Shown: positions 11,192 to 19,852 of the stretch, one piece after another
Position numbering within the stretch: the stretch's first letter is position 1
Layout of the letters: the number at the start of each line of letters is the position of its first letter
Notes under the pieces: model-generated
What the model saw: the letters and a program-made list of their open reading frames with translations, nothing else
Database searches by the model: none
What the model was told of the DNA's origin: nothing
NCBI GenBank assembly: GCA_965202805.1
Contig: OZ241869.1
Coordinates: 1,504,001-1,568,000, forward strand
Direction: 5' to 3'
DNA length: 64,000 bases
Source of the DNA: Longimicrobiales bacterium
Lineage (GTDB): Bacteria > Gemmatimonadota > Gemmatimonadetes > Longimicrobiales > Gaopeijiaceae
Program-made: the position numbers and the translations under genes

Positions 11192-12385
11192 TCATGCGCG
11201 CTTGCGCGCGGGATCGAAGAAAGGGGTCTTCACCACCGTGGCCGGCACCTCGTGGCGCACGAACTCCACGGTGAGTTCGTAGTCCACCCGGCCGCCGGGC
11301 CGGGCGAAGTCGCGCTGCAGGGTCGCGAGCGCGATGTACTTCTTGAGGATGGGCGAGAAGGTGGCGCTGGTGACGAAGCCGACCTGGGTGCCGGCGGCGT
11401 AGATCGGTACCGGTTCGCGCGACGCCCGGCCCGCCACCAGCGGAGGCAGCCCCACCGAGGCGAAGCGCCGCTCGATGCGCGGCCAGTCGACCTCGAGCCC
11501 CGCGAAGGCCCACCTGGAGGGCCGGGCGGCCTCCCGTTCGAGCGCCCTCCTGCCCACGAAGTCGCGCCCGGGCCGCGGCTCGACCGCCCATCCCAGACCG
11601 GCCTCGTAGGGAGAGGACTTGCGCGACTCGATGAGCGCCGTCCACGCGGATACGTAATCCACCTCCTTGAGCAGGAGCCCCGCCTCGATGCGGGCCACGT
11701 CGAGGGCGTCGAGGCCGGCTGGGGCGATGCCGTATCCCCTGCCCGTCTCCATGAGCGCGTCCCAGAGGGCGAGCGCGTGTTCGGGGCGCACCCAGACCTC
11801 GTATCCGAGATCACCGGTGTAGCCGGTCCGCGTGATCGTGACCGGAACCGTTCCCACCCTGCCCTCGGCCAACCCGAAGTAAGGGACCGCAGCGACGTCC
11901 GCGCCGGTCACCAGCACGGCCAGGATGTCGCGCGAGGTGGGACCCTGCAGGGCGAGCGCCGCCAGCTCGAGCGAGATGTCGCGCACGCGGGCGTCCATGC
12001 CCAGCGCGCAATCCTGAAACCAGCGCAGGCACGGATCCGCGGCCGTGATGCGGAAGGTGTCCGCGCCCAGGCACTGCACGGTGCCGTCGTCGATCAGCTT
12101 GCCTGCCTCGTCGCACCAAGGGCTGTAGAGCACGCGCCCCTCCGGGCAATCGGCCGCGTCGCGCGTGACGATGCGGTCCACCAGCACGGCCGCCTCGGAG
12201 CCCGTGATCTCGTACTTGCGCAGGGGCGAGATGTCGAAGAGCGCGGCTCCGCTGCGAACCGCGTAGTACTCGTATTCGTGGCTCGGCTCGTAGCTGAGGG
12301 CGATGGCGTACCCGGACCAGTTGCGCCAGCGGCGGTGGTGACAGAGCGCGGCGGTGCGCCGGTGGAAGGGGGTTTCGAGGAGCAT
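11192..12385 (-). CDS. GcvT-family aminomethyltransferase-like protein
   Basis: TPFH, LFDISPL, DDGTV, LQGP, RTGYTGDLGYE, RIEAGL, SPYEAGLGW, PFFDP. Confidence 0.85.
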   Translation of the reverse strand: MLLETPFHRRTAALCHHRRWRNWSGYAIALSYEPSHEYEYYAVRSGAALFDISPLRKYEITGSEAAVLVDRIVTRDAADCPEGRVLYSPWCDEAGKLIDDGTVQCLGADTFRITAADPCLRWFQDCALGMDARVRDISLELAALALQGPTSRDILAVLVTGADVAAVPYFGLAEGRVGTVPVTITRTGYTGDLGYEVWVRPEHALALWDALMETGRGYGIAPAGLDALDVARIEAGLLLKEVDYVSAWTALIESRKSSPYEAGLGWAVEPRPGRDFVGRRALEREAARPSRWAFAGLEVDWPRIERRFASVGLPPLVAGRASREPVPIYAAGTQVGFVTSATFSPILKKYIALATLQRDFARPGGRVDYELTVEFVRHEVPATVVKTPFFDPARKRA

Positions 12386-12404
12386 GCGGCAAGCTGGCTG
12401 CGAT

Positions 12405-12959
12405 TCAGAAGCGCAGCAAGGTGGTGACCGCGGGTTGGCCCGGCTGGATGACGATGATGTAGAGCCGGTCGTACTCCATGTGGTCTATGGGACCGTGGGG
12501 CTCGCCCCCGAGCGCCTCCGCCAGCCGAGGCGTGGTGTCGCTGTGGCCCGAAACCAGATGACGCCCGGGCGTCGCACGGATCGTCTCCGCGAACTCCTCC
12601 AGCTCCCCTGGGCTGTAGATGCCGATCTCCACCCCGTCGTCCTCGGCGATGGGACCGGCGGTATCGAGGGTACGCGTGAGGTTGGTGGAGTGGACGTGGG
12701 TGAAGTCCACGTCCGCCACGAGCGCGCGCAGTTTCTCGACGCGTTCCCGCCCAACGTCGTTCAAGGGCGAGTTGGGGCTGTCGTCGAGCCGCTCGGCGTG
12801 CCGGACCAGGAAGACGGTCACGGCGTCGTCCGCAACCGGGGCGGCGACCTGCGCCCCCAGGTGGAAGGGCGCCGCGACCGCCGCCAGGCAGGCCGCGAAG
12901 GCAACCAGCGCGCTTGCGTCCGCGCGCCTGCGGAATCGGGGAATTCGCGATCGAGTCAT
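12405..12959 (-). CDS. Exported histidine phosphatase (SixA/PGM-like)
   Basis: Signal peptide, VFLVRHAE, RTLDTA, SGHSDT. Confidence 0.75.
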   Translation of the reverse strand: MTRSRIPRFRRRADASALVAFAACLAAVAAPFHLGAQVAAPVADDAVTVFLVRHAERLDDSPNSPLNDVGRERVEKLRALVADVDFTHVHSTNLTRTLDTAGPIAEDDGVEIGIYSPGELEEFAETIRATPGRHLVSGHSDTTPRLAEALGGEPHGPIDHMEYDRLYIIVIQPGQPAVTTLLRF

Positions 12960-12967
12960 GGAACCCG

Positions 12968-13483
12968 CTACTTGAGGGCGACCAGCTGGTCGGGATCCAC
13001 CCGAACCACGATGTAGGTGATCGCCTCGGTGATCTCGCTGAAGCCGTGCGGCGAGTTGGTCGGGATGATCACCATGTCCCCGGGCCCGATGTCGCGGCTC
13101 TGTCCACCGGCGATGCCGCCCAGCGCACTCGGGCCGGTCAGCGTGCGGACCGTATTGCCGTCCGGATCGAGCGGACGCGCGTCGGTGAGCTCGCCCCCGG
13201 TCACCAGCGTGCCCCGCCCCGACACAACATAGTAGACCTCGGTCTGGTTGTGGTGCTGGATCGCCCCCAGCGAGGTGGTGGGCGGCCGGTGTACCAGCCC
13301 GACCCCGACATTGTGGCCGCCCGCATCAATGTGGCGGATCTGCTGGTCGCTCACCCGGTCCTCGGGGGCGTTCGCGATGGTGGCGAGAATGTCGTCCGCG
13401 GTGATGTGGGTGGCGGCCTGATTCTCCTGGGCCACGGCCCAGATCATACCGACGGCCAGCGCGGCGGCGAGCAGCTTCGACAT
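12968..13483 (-). CDS. Exported cupin-domain protein
   Basis: Signal peptide; HHNQTEVYYVVSGRG ... GDMVIIPTNSPHGF. Confidence 0.8.
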   Translation of the reverse strand: MSKLLAAALAVGMIWAVAQENQAATHITADDILATIANAPEDRVSDQQIRHIDAGGHNVGVGLVHRPPTTSLGAIQHHNQTEVYYVVSGRGTLVTGGELTDARPLDPDGNTVRTLTGPSALGGIAGGQSRDIGPGDMVIIPTNSPHGFSEITEAITYIVVRVDPDQLVALK

Positions 13484-13600
13484 GGGTGCCTCCGGTCTTC
13501 AGTGTGGTCTTGTCTGGGCGGGCCAATACTAGGACATGGCGTGTGGGCCGGTCCACCGGATGCGGGAAGCCGGGCCGAGGAACTCGCAGGATTGGCCAGG

Positions 13601-14101
13601 CTAGGGCCCGGCGTTCCGCAGGGGTGCCAGGGCGGCGTCCTCGACCCGTATTCGCAGGAGCACGGCGAGTGTGACGAGGAACCCCATGATTGCCGCGATG
13701 CGCCATGCCCCGAAGATCATGGGAACCGACACGACCTCGCCCACGACGAGTGCGTAGTTCGGGTGCCGCATGAAGCGGTAGGGCCCCCGCACCACCAGCG
13801 GCGCGCCGGGAACCGTGATGACGCGCACGGTCCAGTACTCGCCCAGGCTCAGCATGACCCAGGCCCGGAATGCCTGCAGCAGCAGATAGACCCCGATCCA
13901 CAACAGGCTCGGGGGCGTGCCGGGGTCGATGAACGCGGCCATCGCCGCGAACCAGGCAACGTACACCGCGACGAAGAGGGGGAGGTGCCAGCGCCCGAAC
14001 TCTTCGCCACCCCGGGCCAGGAGCCGGGCCGCGTTGCGCCGGGAAAGCGCCATGTAGCCCAGGTGCTGAAGGGCCACGATGAGCAGGATCAGATGGGTCA
14101 T
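13601..14101 (-). CDS. Isoprenylcysteine carboxyl methyltransferase-family protein (SrsB/BpsB-like)
   Basis: Hydrophobic; LGEYWTVRVI, GPYRFMRHPNY, RIRVED; ATGA-coupled to the type III PKS. Confidence 0.85.
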   Translation of the reverse strand: MTHLILLIVALQHLGYMALSRRNAARLLARGGEEFGRWHLPLFVAVYVAWFAAMAAFIDPGTPPSLLWIGVYLLLQAFRAWVMLSLGEYWTVRVITVPGAPLVVRGPYRFMRHPNYALVVGEVVSVPMIFGAWRIAAIMGFLVTLAVLLRIRVEDAALAPLRNAGP

Positions 14102-15156
14102 GCCTCGATCAGCATCATCGCGGCGGTGAATCCCGGGCCGAGCGAAGTGAGCAGGATGCGGCCCGTGGCGCCCGCTTGCAGGGCGCGTTCCAGGACGAAC
14201 AAGGCCGTGGGCGCGGACATGTTTCCGTGACGGCGAAGGGTCTCCCGGGAATGGATCAGGGCATCCGGGGGCAGGTCGAGCGCCTCCTCCAGGGCGTCGA
14301 GAACCCGCGCTCCGCCGGGGTGCGCGGCGTACACGTCGATCTGGTCCAGCGAGAGGTCGCGGGACTGGAGGAAACCCTCGACCGCGCCGCGAAAGCGCCG
14401 CCGGACGATGTCCGGGATGCTGCGCGAGAACAGGACGCCGAACTCACCCGCTTCGCCGAAGTCCCAACCCATGACATCCAGGGAGCCGGGCCAGGTGTAC
14501 TCGCCCCAGTTCCGGACCGCCGGCCCCCGGCCCGACGTGCTCAGCACCGCGCCCGCGGCCCCGTCTCCGAAGAGCGCGGCCGCGACGACGTTGCCCTTCG
14601 ACGCGTCGTCCTTCTGGAATGTGAGCGTGCACAGTTCGACGGTGAGGAACAGGACGTTCAGTTCGGGTTCGGCCCGGCACATCGCGCCGGCACGGGCCAG
14701 CCCCAGCACTCCGCCCGCGCAGCCGAGACCGAAGATCGGCAGGCGCCGGATGTCCGGCGGCAGGCGCAGGCGATCGATGAGCAATGCGTCCAGGGTGGGG
14801 GTCGCCAGCCCCGTGCTGGACACCACGACCAGTCCGCCCACCTCCCCCGGCTCCAGCCCGGCCTGGTCGAGACATCGTGCGGCGACCTCTTCCAGGATCG
14901 CCAGCGAACACTCGATGTAGGCGTCGTTGCGTTCGGAGAAGGTGCGCGGCTGGCGATACCAGTCCAGCGGCATGGAGATCTGGCGGGAATCGATTCCGGC
15001 GTTCGCGTACACCCGCGCCATGCGGTCGAAGTTGGCAAACGAGTGCGAAAAGAACTCATAGCCGAGGGGCACCAGGTCTTCCTGCCGGTACCGGTGCGGC
15101 GCGTGTCCGCTGGCCAGGGAGTTGAGGCGAACGGCGTCGTCGTGTGGCGGCATCAC
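14098..15156 (-). CDS. Type III polyketide synthase (SrsA/BpsA-like)
   Basis: Catalytic triad GLGCAGG, AHPGG, GNMSA; LFGDGA, LGPGF. Confidence 0.92.
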   Translation of the reverse strand: MMPPHDDAVRLNSLASGHAPHRYRQEDLVPLGYEFFSHSFANFDRMARVYANAGIDSRQISMPLDWYRQPRTFSERNDAYIECSLAILEEVAARCLDQAGLEPGEVGGLVVVSSTGLATPTLDALLIDRLRLPPDIRRLPIFGLGCAGGVLGLARAGAMCRAEPELNVLFLTVELCTLTFQKDDASKGNVVAAALFGDGAAGAVLSTSGRGPAVRNWGEYTWPGSLDVMGWDFGEAGEFGVLFSRSIPDIVRRRFRGAVEGFLQSRDLSLDQIDVYAAHPGGARVLDALEEALDLPPDALIHSRETLRRHGNMSAPTALFVLERALQAGATGRILLTSLGPGFTAAMMLIEA

Positions 15157-15163
15157 TCTCCCC

Positions 15164-16132
15164 TCACCCGCCCGGCCTTCGAACCCGCCGCTTGATCTCC
15201 GGGTCCACCCGCGTGCCGTACATGGTGATGCCGGACAGGCGCGAGAAGTAGTCGTAGGCCACCGCCGAAACCGCCTCCACCACCGCGCCGCCGTTGCCGC
15301 CGTAGTTGGACATCACCGAGATCACGTAGGGGCGGTCGGGCACGTCCACGAGGCCCCACACCGTCGACACGCCGGTGATCCCGCCCGGCTTGAACGCGAT
15401 GGGCACCTCGCGTGGAACCGGATTGCGGATGGGTCCGCCCTTGAAGATCTCGAGGATCCCCCGCACCCGCGCGCATCCCGCCTCGCCCATCGGCAGGTCG
15501 CAGCTCGCGATCCGCTCCATGATCAGCGCGGCGTCCCGCGGCGTGGACAGGTTCTCGTTGCCGCGCGCGGACTCCTCCGGCCGGATCATCTTGCGCTGAA
15601 GGCGCGTGTGCTCGGCCCCGAGCGAGGCCGAGAGCGCGTTCACCTCGTCCATTCCCATCTCGTCGATGAGGACGTTTGTGGCGGTGTTGTCGGAGTAGAC
15701 GATCATGTAGATCGCGTAGTCCTCCAGGGACAGGGACGCGCCCCCGTCGGTCAGGTGAAGCAGCACGCCGCTACCGCCGGTGCGCACCTCGTCGGTCATG
15801 TCGATGCGGCGGCCGGGCAACCCGGGCTCCTCCTCCGCCCGCCGGAAGAGCTCCAGCAGAATCGGGATCTTGATGGCGCTGGCCTGCGGGAAGAGGAGCT
15901 CGTCGTTCACCCGGAAGCGGTCCCCCGATGTCAGGTCGAGGAGATGCACGCCGGCGACGCCCTCGTAGCCATCGACGATGCTCTCCAGCTCCGCCTGCAG
16001 CTTGCCGCGCAGGAGGGCAAGATGCTCCTCCTGGGCGGAGACGGAGGACGCGAGGGAGAGGAAGAGCGCGGAGACGGCAAGGCCGAGGACCATGCCGCAG
16101 GTGGGGATACGGTGCGGCGGCAAAGGCGTCAT
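15164..16132 (-). CDS. Exported serine hydrolase of class A beta-lactamase fold
   Basis: Signal peptide; ASAIK (SxxK), YSDN, STPRD, FKPG; no Glu at the omega-loop E166 position. Confidence 0.8.
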   Translation of the reverse strand: MTPLPPHRIPTCGMVLGLAVSALFLSLASSVSAQEEHLALLRGKLQAELESIVDGYEGVAGVHLLDLTSGDRFRVNDELLFPQASAIKIPILLELFRRAEEEPGLPGRRIDMTDEVRTGGSGVLLHLTDGGASLSLEDYAIYMIVYSDNTATNVLIDEMGMDEVNALSASLGAEHTRLQRKMIRPEESARGNENLSTPRDAALIMERIASCDLPMGEAGCARVRGILEIFKGGPIRNPVPREVPIAFKPGGITGVSTVWGLVDVPDRPYVISVMSNYGGNGGAVVEAVSAVAYDYFSRLSGITMYGTRVDPEIKRRVRRPGG

Positions 16133-16227
16133 GGTCCCTCCTGATGATGTGCTTCTGTCTGATGAAGACGCGGCGATGGCGACCCCCGGCAGCATCGGGT
16201 GACGACCAGGACCCGGCTCTGCCTGTC

Positions 16228-17379
16228 TCAGGCGCGCATCGCCGAGAAGACGGCCCGGTGCGCCGCCACGATGCGCTCCAGCGCCTCCCGGTTGGGTTCG
16301 AGCGACCACTCCCCGCGTTCGGAAGTGCCGCCGAGCACGATGCCGTCGCTGCGCGGCTGCATGTGGATGCCCAGGCCGCCGCCGGCAACGGGGGCGCCCC
16401 CGAAGGTGCCGTAGGTCACGTCCGGCTGGGGAATGAGCACGGTCAGCTGCCCCTTGAGCGGGACCATGGTGCGGTCGTCGAAGAGGTCTCGCGCCCCGAG
16501 TCCGGTGCAGTTCACGACGATCGACTCGTCCAGTTCCACCAGCTCGCGAGGCTCCGCGAACGTGCGGATGACGATGCGCCCTCCGAAGTCGACGAAGTCC
16601 CGGACCAGGGCGTCGAGGTAGACCGTAGGCTCGATGCGCATCTGGGTGCGCTGGTTCGCATAACGGGTCGCAAACGGATGTTCCCCCGGCCCGAGCAGCC
16701 TCGTGCCCGTGCGCAGATGAGCCGGAAGCAGCGGCTCGCGGTCTCCTCCGCCACCGCCGCGTGGGCGCGGCTCGTTGTCTCCGAGCGCGTAGCTGTGAAT
16801 CCAGGACACGCCGTATCCCCGGCCAACGAGCAACTGCAGCTGCCGATAGGAAATCTCCGCAGCCTCGCGGAACTGCGCGTCCCAGGCGGGCGTGCGCAGG
16901 TCATTGTCGATGAGCCCCGAGGTGGGGGTGAACCCCGCGAAGGACATGTTCGAGGTGGTGTTGGGGGGCACGTCCATCGTGTAGATGGTCACGTCGAAGC
17001 CCCGCCGCTGCAGCTGGCGCGCGGCGGTGAGCCCCACGGCCCCGCAACCAATGACGGCGGCCCGGCGGCTCTCGTGCTCCAGGGCCATCTCGGCGGCCAT
17101 CGCTCCCGTGCCCCACGAGAGCGACATCCCCGCCCCGCCGTGCCCGTAGTTGTGGATCACGGTGGTCTCGTCGAGCCGGTCGGCGCGCAGCAGAAACCCC
17201 GCCGGACGGTGGGGCCGGAGCCCCACGGTGGTGCGGATGATGCGGTCCGGGTCCACGCGCACCGGCGCGAGCCGCAGCGGTGGCTGACCCGGTGTCGAGG
17301 AGCGCGCCGCGCACGCCCCCAGCCCGCTCCCGAGCAGGCCCAGGCCACCGATCTTCAGCAGCGTTCGTCGGTCCATCAT
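16228..17379 (-). CDS. Tat-exported D-amino-acid oxidase-like lipoprotein (circularly permuted)
   Basis: MMDRRTLLK Tat signal plus LGAC lipobox; VGLRP and HNYGHGG precede VIGCGAVG; VNCTGLGA, KGQ. Confidence 0.8.
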   Translation of the reverse strand: MMDRRTLLKIGGLGLLGSGLGACAARSSTPGQPPLRLAPVRVDPDRIIRTTVGLRPHRPAGFLLRADRLDETTVIHNYGHGGAGMSLSWGTGAMAAEMALEHESRRAAVIGCGAVGLTAARQLQRRGFDVTIYTMDVPPNTTSNMSFAGFTPTSGLIDNDLRTPAWDAQFREAAEISYRQLQLLVGRGYGVSWIHSYALGDNEPRPRGGGGGDREPLLPAHLRTGTRLLGPGEHPFATRYANQRTQMRIEPTVYLDALVRDFVDFGGRIVIRTFAEPRELVELDESIVVNCTGLGARDLFDDRTMVPLKGQLTVLIPQPDVTYGTFGGAPVAGGGLGIHMQPRSDGIVLGGTSERGEWSLEPNREALERIVAAHRAVFSAMRA

Positions 17380-17468
17380 CGCTCCGTCCCATTCCTCCAT
17401 GGCAGACGTCATCGCCGGTTCCCCATCTTGGATTCGACACCGTTGAAGGGCAACCGTCGGCAAGGAGG

Positions 17469-17497
17469 TTGATATGTGTACCTGTACACGATACACT
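17469..17497 (+). promoter_or_regulatory. higBA promoter/operator
   Basis: TTGATA-N17-TACACT with palindrome GTGTAC-CT-GTACAC (17476-17489) in the spacer. Confidence 0.55.
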
Positions 17498-17499
17498 TC

Positions 17500-17778
17500 T
17501 TGATTCGTACGTTCCGGCACCGGGGCCTGAGGCGGTTGTACGGTCGTGGGGATGCGAGAAGAGTCCCGCCCGATCAACGAGAGCGAATCGAGATCGCGAT
17601 CGGCTATCTGGATGTGGCGAGCATCCCATCCGACCTCGACCTACCAGGCTACCGGCTGCATCCGTTGAAGGGCACACTCGCGGGATTCTGGAGCATCTCC
17701 ATCACCCGAAATTGGAGAATCGTTTTCCGGATGCATGACGGTGACGCATACGATGTTGACCTCGTCGACTACCATTGA
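17500..17778 (+). CDS. higB: HigB/RelE-family toxin
   Basis: MIRTFRHRGL...PGYRLHPLKG...WSISITRNWRIVF...DYH; TTG start. Confidence 0.92.
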   Translation: MIRTFRHRGLRRLYGRGDARRVPPDQRERIEIAIGYLDVASIPSDLDLPGYRLHPLKGTLAGFWSISITRNWRIVFRMHDGDAYDVDLVDYH

Positions 17779-17802
17779 CGCAACGCCGGGAGACCAGATC
17801 CG

Positions 17803-18120
17803 ATGCCGATGAGAAGCCCTCCCCATCCGGGCCGTAGCATCAGGATTACCTGTCTCGATCCGCTGGACCTGAGCGTCACCGACGCGGCGAGAGTTCTGGG
17901 CGTAGCGCGGCACACACTCTCACGCCTGTTGAATGGCCACGCGGGGATATCCGCGGAGATGGCGATTCGGCTGGAAAAGGCAGGGTGGTCCAACGCGGAG
18001 TTCTGGATGCGCCTTCAAGCGGCCTATGACCTCGCCAGGGCGCGGGAGCGCGAAGACCGGATCCGGGTCGACCTCGAACCTCTGCGCCCGCGCCTCGACG
18101 AGCAGCAGGCGGTCGGCTGA
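17803..18120 (+). CDS. higA: HigA antitoxin (XRE HTH)
   Basis: PPHPG...[30 protein letters not shown]...[11 protein letters not shown]. Confidence 0.93.
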   Translation: MPMRSPPHPGRSIRITCLDPLDLSVTDAARVLGVARHTLSRLLNGHAGISAEMAIRLEKAGWSNAEFWMRLQAAYDLARAREREDRIRVDLEPLRPRLDEQQAVG

Positions 18121-18132
18121 CTTCGGAGCGAC

Positions 18133-18735
18133 TCAGCCGGGCAGCACGAAGCTCACCGCGCGGTCCACATCGCGGATGTCCACCACCGCGCCGTCGGTGA
18201 AGTCGATCACGATGCGCCACGGCTGCATCCCGCGCTCGGCCGCGATCGGCTCCAGCCACACGCGCTCGATCCAGCGTACCCGCAGCAGGGCATCCTCGAG
18301 GGCGGCGAACTGAAGATTGGTTTCGGGCCCCGCGTCGATGTAGTAGTTGACGGTCTCCACATCGAAGGGGTGGTTGATGCGCCAGCGGTTGAGCGCCTGG
18401 TTGACCGTCACCCAGTCCGCGCCCGTGTCGATGAGGTGCTGGGCGTGGAAGCGAAGCAGCATGTCGTTGTGCTTGGGGTTCCGCGCCAGCGCCTCCTCCA
18501 GGAAGCGCTCGTAGGCTTCGACATCCCCGGCTGCCAGCGACTGCATCCCCTGCAGGAGCTCGGTGTCGGCCTCATCGGGCGTGGCCCGCACCAGCACCTC
18601 CGTGAGCGCCCGTCCCTCCTCGGTAAACCAGCCGGGTGGCTCGGAGCCGCGCGAGAGCCACCACTCGCGCCCGCCCACGACGAGGCACAACCCGTAGATG
18701 ACCAGCAGAATCCGGTACTTCTGATACCAGGGCAT
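18133..18735 (-). CDS. Hypothetical membrane-anchored protein (TPR-like helical segment)
   Basis: N-terminal TM helix; starts 1 nt after the upstream stop; typical codon usage. Confidence 0.65.
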   Translation of the reverse strand: MPWYQKYRILLVIYGLCLVVGGREWWLSRGSEPPGWFTEEGRALTEVLVRATPDEADTELLQGMQSLAAGDVEAYERFLEEALARNPKHNDMLLRFHAQHLIDTGADWVTVNQALNRWRINHPFDVETVNYYIDAGPETNLQFAALEDALLRVRWIERVWLEPIAAERGMQPWRIVIDFTDGAVVDIRDVDRAVSFVLPG

Positions 18736-18736
18736 C

Positions 18737-19852
18737 CTACAACCCCTTCTGCACGCTCTTGTCGCGCACCTTCCAGATAAACGAATCCACGTAGTAGTGG
18801 GTGAGCGCATACGCGGCAATGAGCGTCTCCGCGAACAGCGCATAACTCGCCGCGTAATCGAGTCCCGCGATGTTGAAGTTCTGGATCGCGGCGTAGGGCG
18901 CAAAGTTGACCACCCCGAACCCGAACTCGTCGAGCGGCCGGTTGATCATCAGCTGCACCACGATGGCGTAGGCGCCCCCGCCCAGCAGGAACCACTTCAG
19001 CTTGCCCTTGCCCGCCAGACGGCTCCAGAAGCCCGGCTTCGACACCTTCAGGTCGGCTTTGCGCCGCATGAAGACGTAGACCATCACCATGTACTGGACC
19101 CCGTGCATGATCCGGTGGGCCACGTTGTAGATGAGGATGGAGTTCGTGTGCCAGGCCGCGAAGTACCACAGGAAATAGCTCGCGGCGATGAACACGTACT
19201 TGATGGGGTTGATGCGTCCGCCGTTCTGCACCAGACGCCACAGGTGCACAGTGTAGCACGCCAGGTAGATGCCGAGGGCAAGCCAGGCGACCTGCTGCAG
19301 GGTCTCGACGAAGCCCGCCGAGATGGGAATCTGCATGCGGTGCAGCTCGCGGATCCACAGGTGCCTGAACATGGGCGCCTGGATGAACATGTTCAGGTAC
19401 AGCGTCCAGTGCAGCGCCAGGTCCCAGCGGCCGGTGGAGGGCGTGCCCGCGCCCGCCTTGAAGTCGTAGATGCGGCTGAAGCCGTGCTGCTGCATGATGC
19501 TGTGCTGATGGTCCCAAGCCGTGACCATGAGCAGCAGGGTGATCGGCGCCCAGGTGAGCCCCGCGGCGGTGAGCCCGAAGATGACGATGGGCCCGAGGAC
19601 GAGCCGGTCCTTGAAGCGCGCCCACTCCTCCGGCATCCCGTAGCTGCGCACCCAGCCCGCGTAGTGGTGGGGCACCGTGATCCAGAGGTTGACGGAGGCC
19701 ACCACGACGTAGGGCAGCCACATCTGGAAGCCCAGCGCGATCGCCACCGCCAGGAAGGGCAGCCCCAGAAACCACACCAGGTCGAGGCGCGGGTTCAGGA
19801 TGTAGCCGGTGCGGAAGGGCGACTCGCCCGACCGATTGCCATGTGTGGTCAT
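18737..19852 (-). CDS. Polytopic membrane protein with His motifs (putative metal-dependent enzyme)
   Basis: Multiple TM segments; PHHY, WDHQHSIMQQHG, HRIMHGVQY, THYYVDSFIWK. Confidence 0.75.
   Translation of the reverse strand: MTTHGNRSGESPFRTGYILNPRLDLVWFLGLPFLAVAIALGFQMWLPYVVVASVNLWITVPHHYAGWVRSYGMPEEWARFKDRLVLGPIVIFGLTAAGLTWAPITLLLMVTAWDHQHSIMQQHGFSRIYDFKAGAGTPSTGRWDLALHWTLYLNMFIQAPMFRHLWIRELHRMQIPISAGFVETLQQVAWLALGIYLACYTVHLWRLVQNGGRINPIKYVFIAASYFLWYFAAWHTNSILIYNVAHRIMHGVQYMVMVYVFMRRKADLKVSKPGFWSRLAGKGKLKWFLLGGGAYAIVVQLMINRPLDEFGFGVVNFAPYAAIQNFNIAGLDYAASYALFAETLIAAYALTHYYVDSFIWKVRDKSVQKGL

Noticed and set aside
6662..12385. Glycine cleavage system gcvT or bona fide dmdA symbol
   Set aside because: No gcvH/gcvP nearby and motifs diverge from both; orthology needs a phylogeny.
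15164..16132. Beta-lactam resistance gene
   Set aside because: Lacks the E166 equivalent and has KPG for KTG.
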